Shown here: positions 11,647-25,819 of the stretch, piece by piece
Layout of the letters: each line of letters opens with the position of its first letter
How positions within the stretch are numbered: the first letter of the stretch is position 1
NCBI RefSeq assembly: GCF_964204645.1
Contig: NC_134030.1
Location: 2,460,778-2,524,777 of the forward strand
Direction of reading: 5' to 3'
Origin: Tubulanus polymorphus
Taxonomy: Eukaryota; Animalia; Nemertea
DNA: 64,000 nucleotides
Made by a program: the position numbers and the translations under genes
Notes under the pieces: generated by a model
Seen by the model: the letters and a program-made list of their open reading frames with translations, nothing else
Databases searched by the model: none
What the model was told of the DNA's origin: nothing

Positions 11647-13807
11647 AACAAATGAACTTAGATTAGTCTTAAGTTGTTAGATCGGTTATATCACTAAATG
11701 GGCTTAGACTGGTCTCAAGTTGTTAGATTAGCTATAGAATCAAAATGAGCTTAGACTGGTCCTGTTGTTTGATTGACTATTCCGAAATGAGCTTAGACTG
11801 GTCCTAAGTTGTTAGATTGGTTATAGTGTTAGGCAATTTTTAATATTTATAAAACATGCGTAAATCGATAGCAGTTGGATCTATTCAACTCTATTCACTG
11901 GGAATTCCTAAACGGGCATGTTATGACTGATGGGTTTTCAACGTATATTTGCTATTGTTCACTAGGAATTCACAAACGGACAAGTTTTGGCCTAACGATC
12001 ATTTAAGGTTTATTTGCTTTTGTTACTGGTACAGTTTATGTCTCGGATTAATAGAAATATTTTGGATTTAGTTTTCAAGACAATAGTAAAAATCCTAAGG
12101 GATTAGTCAAGTGTCAACGTCTACATGTTTGGAAACCGAGACAACTCCGGGCTTGTTTCTCAACCAGGTTGCTAAGAACAATAATTGTCGGGGGCCTGGT
12201 GGGCGAATCAGGTCCCGAGGTTGGTCGTCGGCCCTCCCCAAATGTAGTGGCGTTGGCCACGAGAATAGTTCCTTGGAAACCAAATTTTGGATAGTATAAA
12301 AATAAGAGACATAGCTGAACTAGTCGGAGAGTACCCGGGACAGCAACGGGGAAAAACACACTCAAGAAATTAGGAACAAAGATTTGTAAAAGGTGTCGAT
12401 ACGTAGGGAAGACGAATATAATAAAATAGTTGTGAGTATCTAGATTTAGGAATATATACACACAAGAGTTGTTTATTTATTTTTGGTCTCACGTCAAAAT
12501 TCAATTTGCGTCGTTGTGCGGAGCTGACGAAGGATACGCTCTCCTACGATATTTCGGTTCCTTCTTCGGGCTGCATATCAAAAGAACCAAAAAGGAGAAT
12601 ATATTGCATGGTCTTTATTCCAGAACACGGCTGTGTATCTGGCCTCACAGGTCGTAAATATTCCGATATTCCTACACTGTTTCGTCGGCGATCAATTTAA
12701 TTTTTTCCGTGTGTACTTTTGGTCGTCGACGAATTAAGCGAAACGTCGGGGCGGCGATAATAAAACGCGTCGTTCGGACGACAGTGGAGCTGTCGTGAAC
12801 AACTGGACGAGAAAATTGGAAAAATTATATATAGCGCGCATCGCGACGGGTTCGGTTGAAAAAAGCCAAGGACATGAATTATTCGATAAGCTAAACGAAT
12901 ATGGTCTCATAAATCATGTATATTGTCGATCGATTTCAGTCGTGAGATTAATGACGCGACATCAGACAGTAACGTGTCTTACTGTCGTTTCTATTCGTCG
13001 AACGAAACTCGCTCTAATCAAGTGTCAAGTGCAGCTGGATGAAAAAAGTCACCCACAATAGAATTCTTATACGATGAAAGTTATTGAAATGAAACCAAAA
13101 CGATTTAGCTTTCGACCTAAAACGGCCATCATCGGGTGCGAATGATCAACAATTCTGATTAGGGCCGTATTTAGAAATTATGGAAAAGTGTCCGTTCAGC
13201 AAATATTATTATTATTTCCTAAAGAACTGACCTTTGCGGCATACTACAATACATGAGTTTACAGATGGTCCCTGTATGCCTGATAGTCTTCTTACTTTGG
13301 ACAAAGTACTTAACAACGATTGAGTGACATCGGTCATTTTGAAAAAAAACATCGCTTTCGATTTTTTGATATGTAACTAGTGGATTTGTATATATCAATT
13401 ATTTATACAGTGAATCTGATCTGAGCTACGTTCACTTATTGACATTCTGTCTGTCTGTGAGCAGGCCAGGTGAAGTCGAATGTATTGATCCATATTCTAG
13501 ATCTATAATAAAAAATTTACGCTCGCAAAATTAACACTGAAAATACGCGTGTATCATTACTAGTAGAACAGCCTGTAAATTCACACGCGGAAAATAGATA
13601 CTTATATTATACAATCTAAACCCACCGTATACTATTAAAAGATTACAAAACGATATTTACTTTCAGAAATAAGAAATGGCGTTTGTATACCTGACGATGA
13701 TCTCTAGAGTGAGAGGTCAAGTCTAGTGTTTAATTCATGATTTAAATCCATCGGTGGGTTTAAAGTATTAGTGCGCGCGCAGAGGTAGAATTCATTAGCG
13801 TTGGAAC

Positions 13808-16800
13808 ATGCGGTGTAACTGTCCGAGAGTGATCGCTGCCGTTTCATTGTCGATGACGTGTTTCAGTACGGTAGGAAAATATCAGATTTTACACATTTCT
13901 ATCCAAGATGATTATTACCAATGTAATAATAGATAAAAATTGACGAACTTTGAATTTATATTAAATTAATTTTTGTTAAGTCAGGTAATATTTTATGTAC
14001 AATAGACTGCACCTGAGTCGTTATCAATCTGTCGGTACCACTCTCAATTCTAAGATGAATTTTACTGAAATTTATCAGAAAAAGCCCTTTTCCTTTATTC
14101 TCATGTTAGATTTAGTAAAGTAGTGAAATGTTTACAGCAGTCTCAACGCGCTACCGAGTTCCCTGATTCTCAACTCGGTGAAATATTTACAGCAGTCTCA
14201 ACACTACAGAGTTCCCTGTTTCTCAACTCGGTGAAATATTTACAGCAGTCCCAACGCTACCGAGTTCCCTGATTCTCAACTCGGTGAAATATTTACAGCA
14301 GTCTCAACGCGCTACCGAGTTCCCTGATTCTCAACTCGGTGAAATATTTACAGCAGTCTCAACGCTACCGAGTTCCCTGATTCTCAACTCGGTGAAATAT
14401 TTACAGCAGTCTCAACGCTACAGAGTTCCCTGATTCTCAACTCGGTGAAATATTTACAGCAGTCCCAACACGCTACCGATTTCCCTGATTCTCAACTCGG
14501 TGGAATATTTACAGCAGTCCCAACGCTACCGAGTTCCCTGATTCTCAACTCGGTGAAATATTTACAGCAGTCTCAACACTACAGAGTTCCCTGATTCTCA
14601 ACTCGGTGAAATATTTACAGCAGTCTCAATTCTACCGAGTTCCCTGATTCTCAACTCGGTGAAATATTTACAGCAGTCTCAACACTACAGAGTTCCCTGG
14701 TTCTCAACTCCGTGAAATATTTACAGCAGTCTCAATTCTACTGAGTTCCCTGGTTCTCAACTCGGTGAAATATTTACAGCAGTCTCAACGCTACCGAGTT
14801 CCCTGATTCTCAACTCGGTGAAATATTTACAGCAGTCTCAACACTACAGAGTTCCCTGATTCTCAACTCGGTGAAATATTTACAGCAGTCTCAACGCTAC
14901 CGAGTTCCCTGATTCTCAACTCGGTGAAATATTTACAGCAGTCTCAACACTACAGAGTTCCCTGATTCTCAACTCGGTGAAATATTTACAGCAGTCTCAA
15001 TTCTACCGAGTTCCCTGATTCTCAACTCGGTGAAATATTTACAGCAGTCTCAACACTACAGAGTTCCCTGGTTCTCAACTCCGTGAAATATTTACAGCAG
15101 TCTCAATTCTACTGAGTTCCCTGGTTCTCAACTCGGTGAAATATTTACAGCAGTCTCAACGCTACCGAGTTCCCTGGTTCTCAACTCCGTGAAATATTTA
15201 CAGCAGTCTCAATTCTACTGAGTTCCCTGGTTCTCAACTCGGTGAAATATTTACAGCAGTCCCAACTCTACCGTGTTCCCTGATTCTCAACTCGGTGAAA
15301 TATCAAAAGCAGTCCCAACGCTATCGAGTTCCCTGATTCTCAACTCGGTGAAATATCAAAAGCAGTCCTAACGCTACCGAGTTCCCTGGTTCTCAACTCG
15401 GTGAAATATTAAAAGCAGTCCCAACGCTACCGAGTTCCCTGATTCTCAACTCGGTGAAATATTTACAGCAGTCTCAACACTACAGAGTTCCCTGATTCTC
15501 AACTCGGTGAAATATTTACAGCAGTCTCAACACTACAGAGTTCCCTGGTTCTCAACTCGGTGAAATATTTACAGCAGTCTCAACGCTACCGAGTTCCCTG
15601 GTTCTCAACCCGGTGAAATATTAAAAGCAGTCCCAAAGGTACAAAGTAAGGTGGTATCATCTGTAACATTGATAGAAATCATTATTCTGATTTCCATTTA
15701 TTTAAAAAGAAATTCTACAAAGCTGTTTATCACCATATTACAATGTTATATATTCATCATCGTGTCCACGTACATCTAAAATTCGGTCTTTTTAAGAAAT
15801 GAATAACCATAATTCTTCCCATCACGATTTTAATCCCCCGAAAGATTAGCAATTTGAATATCAAATATTAGATAACGAAACATCTGTTACGTGCGTTTGA
15901 AACTATAAACTTAATTTCAATTAAATGAGGACATTTATTCACCCAGTTCCTGAAATGATTGAATGTTTTGGAAAACTATTCCAGAAATTAAACGAACTTC
16001 TATTTTTAAAGAGCGTGTCAAAAATTGACCACAGGTTTTTATATCGCTCTTATGTCTCATTGTCGCAAATTGGTGGAATTGATTTTAAAATGCTAACAAC
16101 CAGAGATTCACACGGTCTAAATGTTGCAAAATGTGGCAAAATCCATCAAATAACCGGTGAAATATGATAAGCACGCATCAGATATAGTTTTTAAAATAGA
16201 GAAATAATGACTCAGCAATGCAAGAAAAAAGTACCCCGACATAATAGCGACTGGCAACTGTAAAATTGTTTATGGAGGCATCGTTTAGACATTTAGTTAA
16301 GATTTAAAGAATTCAAATTGACATGGAATTATGTGGTTTAATTTCAGACGGCCTTGTTTTATCTGATTGGTACTTGTGTCTACGATATTCTGCTACAAAA
16401 CAACGCATCGCAGTCGCAGGAATGGATAGTGTTTCTTTCGCAAGGAATCGGTGTCGGAATGTCGGCAGTATTTTGTCTGCTTATAGTCTGGTTGACAGAA
16501 CAGTTCCTTCTTATGACGCTCTGCGCAATTCTCGTTTTAAACGGAGTGGCGACGATCGTCTGTGGCGTCAGTACGAATTTCATCCTGACCAATGTCTGGT
16601 TAGCGATAGGTGGCGTAGCAGTCGGATCGGGAGAGCTGGGTACGTACCTTTTATATCAAACGAATAGAATGTTTGTGAATTTTAGTTTGAATTAAAGACA
16701 AAGTTTCCAAGTGTTTAAAGATTTGACTCAACTCTGAAAATGAACAAATTTCTTCAATCTCATTCTATTGTGCTCTTTACAACTTTAAGTGTCTTTCTAC

Positions 16801-18327
16801 CTCCTTGTATGATTTGATACGAATAATAGAAAAGAATAGAATAAATTTTAACTCTGAGTTAATTCTCACTCACGAACTGACTGTGGAACTGGATCCTGAG
16901 TTCAGAAGTTACTCTGACCTTGGAGTAATCATTTGCGAAATGATTACTCCAAGCTGTGACTTACGTGGAACTGGATCATGAGTTCACAGAGATAACTGTC
17001 ACACACAAATGTGGAACTGGATCTCCTTGTGTTCAGAATTGACTCACAACTGTGGAACTGGATCATGAGTTCACAGAGATAACTGTCACACACAAATGTG
17101 GAACTGGATCTCCTTGTGTTCAGAATTGACTCACAACTGTGGAACTGGATCCTGAGTTCACAGAGACAACTGTAACACACAACTGTGGAACTGGATCTCC
17201 TTGTGTTCAGAATTAACTCACAACTGTGGAACTGGATCCTGACTTTTGCTTGGTTTATTATCTTTTCAGTTAATACGTTGGTTTGTGTCAGCATCTACGA
17301 GGAAAAAAGTGCGCCGATGTTGCAGTTCATGACACTGGCGACAGGTGTCGCCAATATCGGGGGACCCGCGTTTATTGCGCCGTTTCTGTCTCCAGTCGCT
17401 TACGAAATCGTCAAAGATCGCAATAATATCGAAAACTCCACACAAAAATCTAACTCTAGTCTAAAAACCATCAATTCATCGATGTCAATCAGTGATGACG
17501 TCGATAATGATTTCACGGTCAGTAATCCAACAGTCACTAACTATATCTACCCGTTTTCGCTCTTTGCCGCCTGTTCGTTTCTCGGAGCCGTTGGGTTTCT
17601 GATCCTATTTATTTGGGAACGACGAACCGACGAGAATATATTCGACGTTGACGCCGAAAAAGTGGAAACTCGACTGATACCCGAAACGAAACGTCGACAG
17701 AAGAAACCGAACGCCCGAATTTTGACTTTGATTTTATCGGGTTGTATGCAGTTTAACATCGGTGGAATTCAGAACGTTCTCGGTAATTTATTGACAACAT
17801 ACGTCGTGAATTTCGGGCACGATATAAACACGAAGGAAGCCGCTCATCTCGGCACCTTGGTGCAATTGATGTCGATGTTGGCTCGATTTCTGAGCGTCCC
17901 GATTAGTTACAGATTCGGATCCTCGCCGCCGTTAGGTATCGGGATAGTATTATATCTGATCAGTAGTTTACTGCTATCGTGCGACCCGACCAAGACGCAG
18001 TTACTGTACGCGGCCTTCCTCGGTCAAGGGCTCGGATCCGGTCCTATATTACCGGCAGTATTAGGCTGGTTACCGGAGAAATATGAGATATCGAAATGGA
18101 TTCACACGCTGACGATTCTCCCAGTCCTTGCGGGGCATTTCGCTATGGGTCCTTTAACAGCTAAATGCATGCAGATGTTCGGTCGCTGGTCGTTAATGGT
18201 GATTTCTACGATACATGGGTTTTTATTGGTTGTCTGTTTTATCGTAATGAGTCGGCTGTTGAGAAAAGATCGTGAAAAATCAGATTCATCAATCAATTCC
18301 AAACAAATTGAATATAGGTGGAAATAA
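13808..18327 (+). CDS. MFS transporter, MFSD4/NaGLT1 (sodium-dependent glucose transporter 1)-like, copy 1, ~470 aa; exons 13808-13870, 16348-16639, 17270-18327
   Basis: ~12 hydrophobic segments. KSAPMLQFMTLATGVANIGGPAFIAPFL and GCMQFNIGGIQNVLGNLLTTYVV resemble MFSD4-family motifs. GT-AG junctions give a continuous frame (63+292+1058 nt). Confidence 0.85.
14123..15640. repeat. 53-bp intronic satellite x~28 with internal inverted repeat ACCGAGTT-N11-AACTCGGT
   Basis: Unit GAGTTCCCTGATTCTCAACTCGGTGAAATATTTACAGCAGTCTCAACGCTACC. Confidence 0.97.
16870..17242. repeat. Intron-2 minisatellite (CACAACTGTGGAACTGGATC core, ~40-44 bp); also at 24360-24738, 32920-33253, 38190-38292
   Basis: Copy number differs between the four MFS paralogs. 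Confidence 0.85.
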
Positions 18328-18692
18328 AAAAATTTGGAAACTTATTCTCAACGTTTAGCTTTTTAACTTAGGAGGATTAGAAAAGATTATGAATTTTCAT
18401 GGGGCCTTGTAAATAATAGAACAATAAGGGCGCTCTCCGGCACACCGGTGAAGGCTTGAATAGAACTGAGCTGTCCATCCGGGCAGAAATTGAGCTGTCC
18501 GTCGAACTTCGCTGAAAAAGCTGAAACACTGAAACGCTGAAACTCTGAAAAGAAAACGCTGAAATTTCAGGGAATTCCCTAAAAACGGATCAAAGGATAA
18601 ATTAGTAATATATATTATTCGTCGGATTAATACTGCTAGTATTCTATTAATAAAAGAATGAGTTGATATGAAATAGATCAAAAATTTGATCA

Positions 18693-19010
18693 CATGGGCG
18701 GATTTAGACCGTGTCGACCGTGTCGACCGTGTCGCCCGACTCGGTCGGAATTTTAAAGTGCCTTTTTATTTTTTATCCGTATCAAAATTTGCCTTGGAAC
18801 CACCTGAGATACACAATAGATAGTTTTCCTAAATATATAACCAATGTTTCTTGATTAAATGCCTCTCAGAAATGCTCAGCAAGCTCTAAAGTGATAGTAA
18901 ATTTAATTTCAAAATTAAGAACCAGAGGCTGATATGCCTTTCCACCCTAAATTAAGATTTAATATGTCCTTGTCCTTTCTATTGGTCGACATGGTCACAA
19001 CATGCCCCTG
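18693..19010. mobile_element. MITE insertion (CA(T/G)GGGCGGAT-type ends); second copy at 26213-26530; empty site at ~34685
   Basis: Filled TTTGATCA[CATGGGCGGATT...CATGCCCCTG]GATCATAG versus empty TTTGATCATAG. Confidence 0.75.
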
Positions 19011-19700
19011 GATCATAGTACGTTGCGATTACCACGACTTAAGATTTTTTTTTTAAGTTCTTAAGGTTCAAGATACGGACATTTTTGACTCCGCATCTAA
19101 CCCTGAATCGTCATCAACGATTGATACAAAAAGTATGTTTTGATGTGTAGCATGTTGCACAGGTTCGAGTAAGAACTCTTATCTGAGATAAATGCACTCA
19201 GTACTTACTCCCTTTGTCTCTCTCTACCATAGAAATTGTATATTCTATATTGATTCATTTTCTATATTTTTATTTTAAAGTGCGCAGACCTTTTGTCAAC
19301 CATCTACCATCGAAATTATATATTCTATATTGATTAATTTTCTATATTTTCATTCTAAAGTGCGCAGACCTTTTGTCAACTGTCTACACCATCAAAATTG
19401 TATATTCTATATTGATTAATTTTCTATATTTTTAATTTTGAAGTGCGCACACCTCATTTGTGTAACGCGTTAGTGTGAATAGGGCTAAGGCACGGGAGTA
19501 CGCGTACACTCTTGACACTTTAGGAGAATCAACACATAAAATCAAAAGCAGGATATACAACTAAGAGAATTGAAAACGGAATTTATCTTTACTGTCTTTA
19601 TAAATTCTTGATTAAATAAATTTCTTTTTCAAATCTTTTGAATTAAAGCGTGTTTTGACCATTATACGCGAGCAGAGGCTGAATAAACTTGTTATACAAA

Positions 19701-22700
19701 ATGCTGTGTAACTGTCCGAGAGTGATCGCTGCCTTTTCGTTGTCGATGACGTATTTCAGTACGGTAGGAAAATATCAGATTTTACACATTTTTATCCAAA
19801 ATGATTATCACCAGGGCCCAGTTTCACAAACAAGTTCAACTCAAATTTTTGGTGTAATTGCCATTGGTTACTTCATGTTTTCAATGAGGACAACCATTAA
19901 AACATAACTGTTTTAGGCTTAAACTGTTTCGTGAAACCGGGCCCTGTATGTAATAATAGATGAAATTGATAAACGTTGAATTTGAATTAGATTAATTTTT
20001 TTAAGTCAGGGAAAATTTTTCATGTTCAATAAAATGCACCTAGTCGTTATCAATTTGTCCGTACCACTCTCAAATGTTAGGTGAATTTACTGAAATTTAA
20101 TTGAAAAAAAAACATTCATTTTCCTTTATTCTCATGCTAGATTTAGTAAGGTAATATAATATTTACAGCAGCCCCAATACTAACTGAGTTCCCTTATTCT
20201 CAACTAGTAAGATTGTTAACATAATCTATACGGGTGGATTTAGAGGGGGCTCATTGAGCCTGGACCCTCAACCTTTTGCCAAGATAACATGCTAAGAAAC
20301 TGGTCAATACTATCACAATTTCCTTGGGCGCTAGTGAAGATTAAAAAGAATTCAAATCGACCTGGAATTATGTGGTTTACTTTCAGACGGCCTTGTTGTA
20401 TCTGAAAGGTACTTGTGTCTACGATATTCTGCCCGATTGCGGCATACTACAATACATGAGTTTACACATGGTCCCTGTATGCCTGATAGTCTTCTTACTT
20501 AAGACAAAGTACTTGAACTAATTACAAAACGATTGAGTGACATCGGTTAGTTTGAAAAATATTCGATTTTCTTCTTATTAGTAACTACTGTCTGTCACAC
20601 CTGCTCTCCGTGCGACGTTTTAGTCCGTAATTTCGTTAATAATCGGTTTATCTACCTTTATTACGCATCAATTTGTTCAGTGAGGAATTTGCATTCAGAA
20701 ATAAACAACAATTTTCACTTAAGTTGTTTTTGTTTTCATTTATGAGCGATAGTTTACTCAGCATACGCTCGCGTAATGCTGAAAAATCCGCTCCGCGGAC
20801 GCTCGGAAACGTTACAGTGACGTCATCACCTGCTCATTAGCATATCAAAATACAGTAGGTGGCGCCACGTGACGGGCCATAAAAGCCGTTTTTCAGCATT
20901 ACGCGAGCTTATGCTAGGGAAACTATCGCTTATAGAAGAAAACACAAACAAATTTATGCCAGTTCATGATTTATTTCTGAATGCAAATTCCTTACTGAAC
21001 AAATTGATGCATAATATTTACAGATCAACCGATTATTAACGAAATTACGAACCAAAACGTCACACGAAGAGCATGTGTGACAGACAGTAGTGTATTCGTA
21101 AATATCAATTATTTATCCAGGAAGAAAGCCACTAAATATTTGGATGGATATATGAAAGCTGTGGGTACTGGAGTGTGTAATGGGTAGTGTAGTGTGATCT
21201 GTGTGCATTTGTGGCAAGCACACAGATCACATTGTTCAATGGGGTTTGGTCCAGGACTCGCGAGATTTTCAACAACACGGAAGTAACGTGTAATAAATGA
21301 TGACTTGAATTGCATGACTACCTACCACCCCTCATTGTTGTTGGAAAACTAAACGTTCGGCACTGACTAAAAATTACTAATAACATTTTAGAAATGGCCA
21401 GAATTTTAACTTAGGTTCTATCTCATTTTTATTTTACAATTGCGATTGGTATAATTTTTTTTTAAACGGCCGTTAAGGCTTCATGTTTCGTCTGCAATTC
21501 ACCGCAAATAGTTACGCAACTACGCACATTTCAGTGTTTTTGGCAGCTGTACACTCAATCGGCACCGTTCGTGACTAGCTTCACTGCGGAATTATCATTA
21601 ACTGACATCGCCATATCACATCATCAACTTATATTGTGCCTTAAAACCCTAACAGCCGAAATAATTGAAATGCACACACGATTTCTATCATTGAAAATTG
21701 AGAGAGTGGCCATGTTTGTGTTTGCTGCTTCGCGTAAATCCCGCGCGGTGGCGCAACCGCGCGGAGTGGGGCCGATACGCCCAGTGAATCTGATCTGAGA
21801 TAAGTGCACTAACTCTGACATCTGCATGTTAGCTCGCCAGACGAACGTATTGATTCATTTCAAAATCGGTATTAAAAAATTTACGCCTACGAAATTGGCA
21901 CTGAATTATTACTTAATTAATTAATTGGTAGAACAGTGAAATACGCGTATACAAGGAGAACAGCCTGTAAATTCACACGTGGAAAATAGATACGTATATT
22001 ATACAATCTAAACCCACCGTATACTATTACAAAGATTACAAAACGATATTTACTTTCAGAAATATTGAGATGGCGTTTGTATACATGACGATGATCTCTA
22101 GAGTGAGTCGTCAAGTCTGGCTGTTAATTCATGATTTATGAATTCGTTTTTAAATCCATTGAATGAGTGAGATATATCGGTGGGTTTAAACTATTAATAC
22201 GCGAGGTAGAATTCATTAGCGTTAGAACATGCGGTGTAACTGCCCGAGAGTGATCGCTGACGTTTCATTGTCAAAGACGTGTTTCAGTACGGCAGATTTT
22301 AAGCATTTCCATCAAAAATGATTATTGCAGAATTAATGAATATAGCAGCATGTAATGATAGATAAAATTCAACTCTACCGAGTTCCCTGATTCTCAACTC
22401 GGTAAAATATTTACAGCAGTCTCAACGCTACCGAGTTCCCTGATTCTCAACTCGGTGAAATATTTATAGCAGTCCCAACTCTACCGAGTTCCCTGGTTCT
22501 CAACTCGGTGAGATATTTACAGCGGTCTCAACGCTATCGAGTTCCCTGGTTCTCAACTCGGTGAAATATTTACAGCAGTCTCAACGCTACCGAGTTCCCT
22601 GGTCTCAACTCGGTGAAATATTTACAGCGGTCTCAACGCTATCGAGTTCCCTGATTCTCAACTCGTTTAAATATTAACAGCAGTCTCAACGCTACCGAGT

Positions 22701-25700
22701 TCACTGGTTCTCAACTCGGTGAAATATTAAAAGCAGTCTCAACGCTACCGAGTTCCCTGATTCTCAACTCGTTGAAATATTTACAGCGGTCTCAACGCTA
22801 TCGAGTTCCCTGATTCTCAACTCGGTGAAATATTTACAACAGTCTCAACGCTATCGAGTTCCCTGGTTCTCAACCCGGTAAAATATTAAAGGAGTCCCAA
22901 AGGTATAGAGTAAGGTGGTATCATCTATAACAATGATAGAAATCATTATTCTGATTTCCATTTATTTAAAAAGAAATTCTACAAAGCTGTTTATCACCAT
23001 ATTACAATGTTATATATATATATGCATCATCGTGTCCACGTACATCTAAAATTCGGTCTTTTTAAGAAATGAATGATAATAATTCTTCCCTCCGCGATTT
23101 TAATCCTCCGAAAGATTAGCAATTTGAATACGGTTTCAATTACGAAACATATGTTACGTATAAAAGTATGGACTTAATATCAGTTGAATGAGGAACATTA
23201 ATTAGTTCCTGAAATGATTGAATATTTTTGAAAATTATTCTAAAAATTAACGAACTTCTATTTTCGAGAGCGTGTGTCGAAAATTGACCACATGTTTTTA
23301 TATCGCTCTCATGTCGCATTGTACCGTATTTGTGAAATGAATTTTACAAAACTAAAAACCAGAGATTCACGCAGTTTGAATGTTTTGTCAAAATCCATCA
23401 AATAACCGGTGAAATATGATAAACAAGTATCAGAAATAGGAAGAAAAAAATACCCAACGATGTAGGACAAAATACCCTAATAAAATGGCGGCTGTCAACC
23501 GTAAAATGGTTTATTGAGATTAACTGGGTACAAGGCCTCGTTTAGACATTTAGATAATTACGGTTGATAAAACAGTATATCCGCGTTGAAGCGATGTAGA
23601 GAGAATCCCACAATAATAACGAAAAACTGTCCGAAAATGTAACTGAAGCTAGAGTTTATTCAACGTTTCTACTATATCCCAATAGTAATCTTCATTATTG
23701 TGGGATTCTGTCTGCATTTAGATAATGATTGTGGGAGATTAGAAAAATTCAAATTGACATAGAATTTTGTGGTTTAATTGCAGACGGCCTTGTTGTATCT
23801 GATTGGTACTTGTGTCTACGATATTCTGCTACAAAACAACGCATCGCAGTCGCAGGAATGGATAGTGTTTCTTTCGCAAGGAATCGGTGTCGGAATGTCG
23901 GCAGTATTTTGTCTGCTTATAGTCTGGTTGACAGAGCAGTTCCTTCTTATGACGCTCTGCGCAATTCTCGTTTTAAACGGAGTGGCGACGATCGTCTGTG
24001 GCGTCAGCACGAATTTCATCCTGACCAATGTCTGGTTAGCGATAGGTGGCGTAGCAGTCGGATCGGGAGAGGTGGGTACGTACCTTTTATTAGAATCAAA
24101 TTAATCGCATGTTTGTGATTTTTGATTTGAATTAAAAACAAATTTTTTCTTTGAATATCAATGGCCATGTCGATAATAGTAACACAGGGCACAATTCCAA
24201 GTGTGTCAAGATTTGACTCAACTCTGAAAATGAACAAATGTCTTCAATTTCCTTCTATTGTGCTCTTTACAACTTTATGTGTCTTTCTACCTTCTTGTAT
24301 GATTTGATACGAATAATAGAAAAGAATAGAATAAATTTCAACTCTGAGTTAATTCTAACTCACAACTGACTGTGGAACTGGATCCTGAGTTCAGAGTTCA
24401 AACTCACAACTGTGGAACTGCGTACTCCTGTGTTCTGTGTTGAGAGTTAACTCTAACTCACAACTGTATAACTTGATCCTGGGTTCAGAGTTAACTCTAA
24501 CTCGCAACTGTGGAACTGGATCCTGAGTTCAGAGTTAACTCTAACTCGCAACTGTGGAACTGGATCCTGAGTTCAGAGTTAACTCTAACTCACAACTGTT
24601 GAACTGGATCCTGAGTTCAGAGTTAACTATAACTCACAACTGTAGAACTGGATCCTGACTTCAGAGTTAACTATAACTCACAACTTTAGAACTGAATCCT
24701 GAGTTCAGAGTTAACTCACAACTGTGGAACTGGATCTTGACTATTGCTTGGTTTATTATCGTTTCAGTAAATGCGTTGGTTTGTGTCAGCATCTACGAGG
24801 AAAAAAGTGCGCCTATGTTGCAGTTATTGACACTGGCGACAGGTGTCGCCAATATCGGGGGACCCGCGTTTATTGCGCCGTTTCTGTGTCCAGTCGCTTA
24901 CGAAATCGTCAAAGATCGCAATAATATCGAAAACTCCACACAAAAATCTAGTCTCAAAACCATCAATTCATCGATGTCAATCAGCGACGACGTTCATAAT
25001 GATTTCACGGTCAGTAATCCAACAGTCCCTAACTTTATCTACCCGTTTTCGCTCTTTGCCGCCTGTTCGTTTCTCGGAGCCGTCGGGTTTTTGATCCTAT
25101 TTATTTGGGAACGACGAACCGACGAGAATATATTCGACGTTGACGCCGAAAAACTGGAAACTCGACTGATACCCGAAACGAAACGTCGACAGAAGAAACC
25201 GAACGCCCGAATTTTGACTTTGATTTTATCGGGTTGTATGCAGTTTAACATCGGTGGAATTCAGAACGTTCTCGGTAATTTATTGACAACATACGTCGTG
25301 AATTTCGGGCACGATATAAACACGAAGGAAGCCGCTCATCTCGGGACCTTGGTGCAATTGATGTCGATGTTGGCTCGATTTCTGAGCGTCCCGATTAGTT
25401 ACAGATTCGGATCCTCGCCGCCGTTAGGTATCGGGATAGTATTATATCTGATCAGTAGTTTACTGCTATCGTGCGACCCGACCAAGACGCAGTTACTGTA
25501 CGCGGCCTTCCTCGGTCAAGGGCTCGGATCCGGTCCTATATTACCGGCGGTATTAGGCTGGTTACCGGAGAAATATGAGATATCGAAATGGATTCACACG
25601 GTGACGATTCTCCCAGTCCTCGCGGGGCATTTCGCTATGGGTCCTTTAACAGCTAAATGCATGCAGACGTTCGGTCGCTGGTCGTTAATGGTGATTTCTA

Positions 25701-25819
25701 CGATACATGGGTTTTTATTGGTTGTCTGTTTTATCGTAATGAATCGGCTGTTGAGAAAAGATCGTGAAAAATCAGATTCATCAATCAATTCCAAACAAAT
25801 TGAATATAGGTGGAAATAA
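19701..25819 (+). CDS. MFSD4/NaGLT1-like transporter copy 2, ~468 aa; likely exons 19701-19763, 23784-24075, 24768-25819
   Basis: Exons 2 and 3 are intact and in frame. The nearer exon 1 (22229-22291) has lost its GT donor, so the upstream exon 1 with ACG|GTAGGA is the likely partner. Confidence 0.7.
19814..19944. mobile_element. 131-bp Harbinger-like MITE; second copy at 27334-27464; empty sites at ~13918 and ~35408
   Basis: TIRs GGGCCCAGTTTCAC / GTGAAACCGGGCCC with CAG/CTG flanks; absent from the other paralogous introns. Confidence 0.85.
20387..20431 (+). pseudogene. Truncated MFS exon-2 fragment at a recombination junction (also 27911-27955)
   Basis: TTTCAG|ACGGCCTTG...GATATTCTG stops abruptly and joins sequence homologous to 13234 onward (upstream of copy 1). 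Confidence 0.8.
20588..21087. mobile_element. 500-bp foldback MITE with TA target-site duplication (Tc1/mariner-like target)
   Basis: TA[CTGTCTGTCACAC ... GTGTGACAGACAG]TA with >200-bp imperfect inverted arms; empty site AAC-TA-GTG at 28111-28112 in the sister unit. Confidence 0.9.
22229..22291 (+). pseudogene. MFS exon 1 (MRCNCPRV...) with the GT donor destroyed by a deletion (also 29253-29315)
   Basis: ACG|GCAGATTT here versus ACG|GTAGGAAAATATCAGATTT in intact copies; also carries Ala>Asp and Met>Lys changes. Confidence 0.7.
22370..22905. repeat. 53-bp hairpin satellite x~10
   Basis: Same unit as 14123-15640. Confidence 0.95.

Noticed and set aside
12111-13061. Cluster of short ORFs
   Set aside because: No recognisable domain and no consistent splice model.
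14123-15640. CRISPR-like array (palindromic repeat units; also 22370-22905 and 29577-31470)
   Set aside because: No unique spacers, the whole unit repeats, there are no cas genes, and the context is a eukaryotic intron.
18510-18580. NF-kB palindrome GGGAATTCCC and GAAA repeats downstream of the MFS genes
   Set aside because: Lies in a repeat-like insert copied with the duplication; spacing does not fit an ISRE; no evidence of function.
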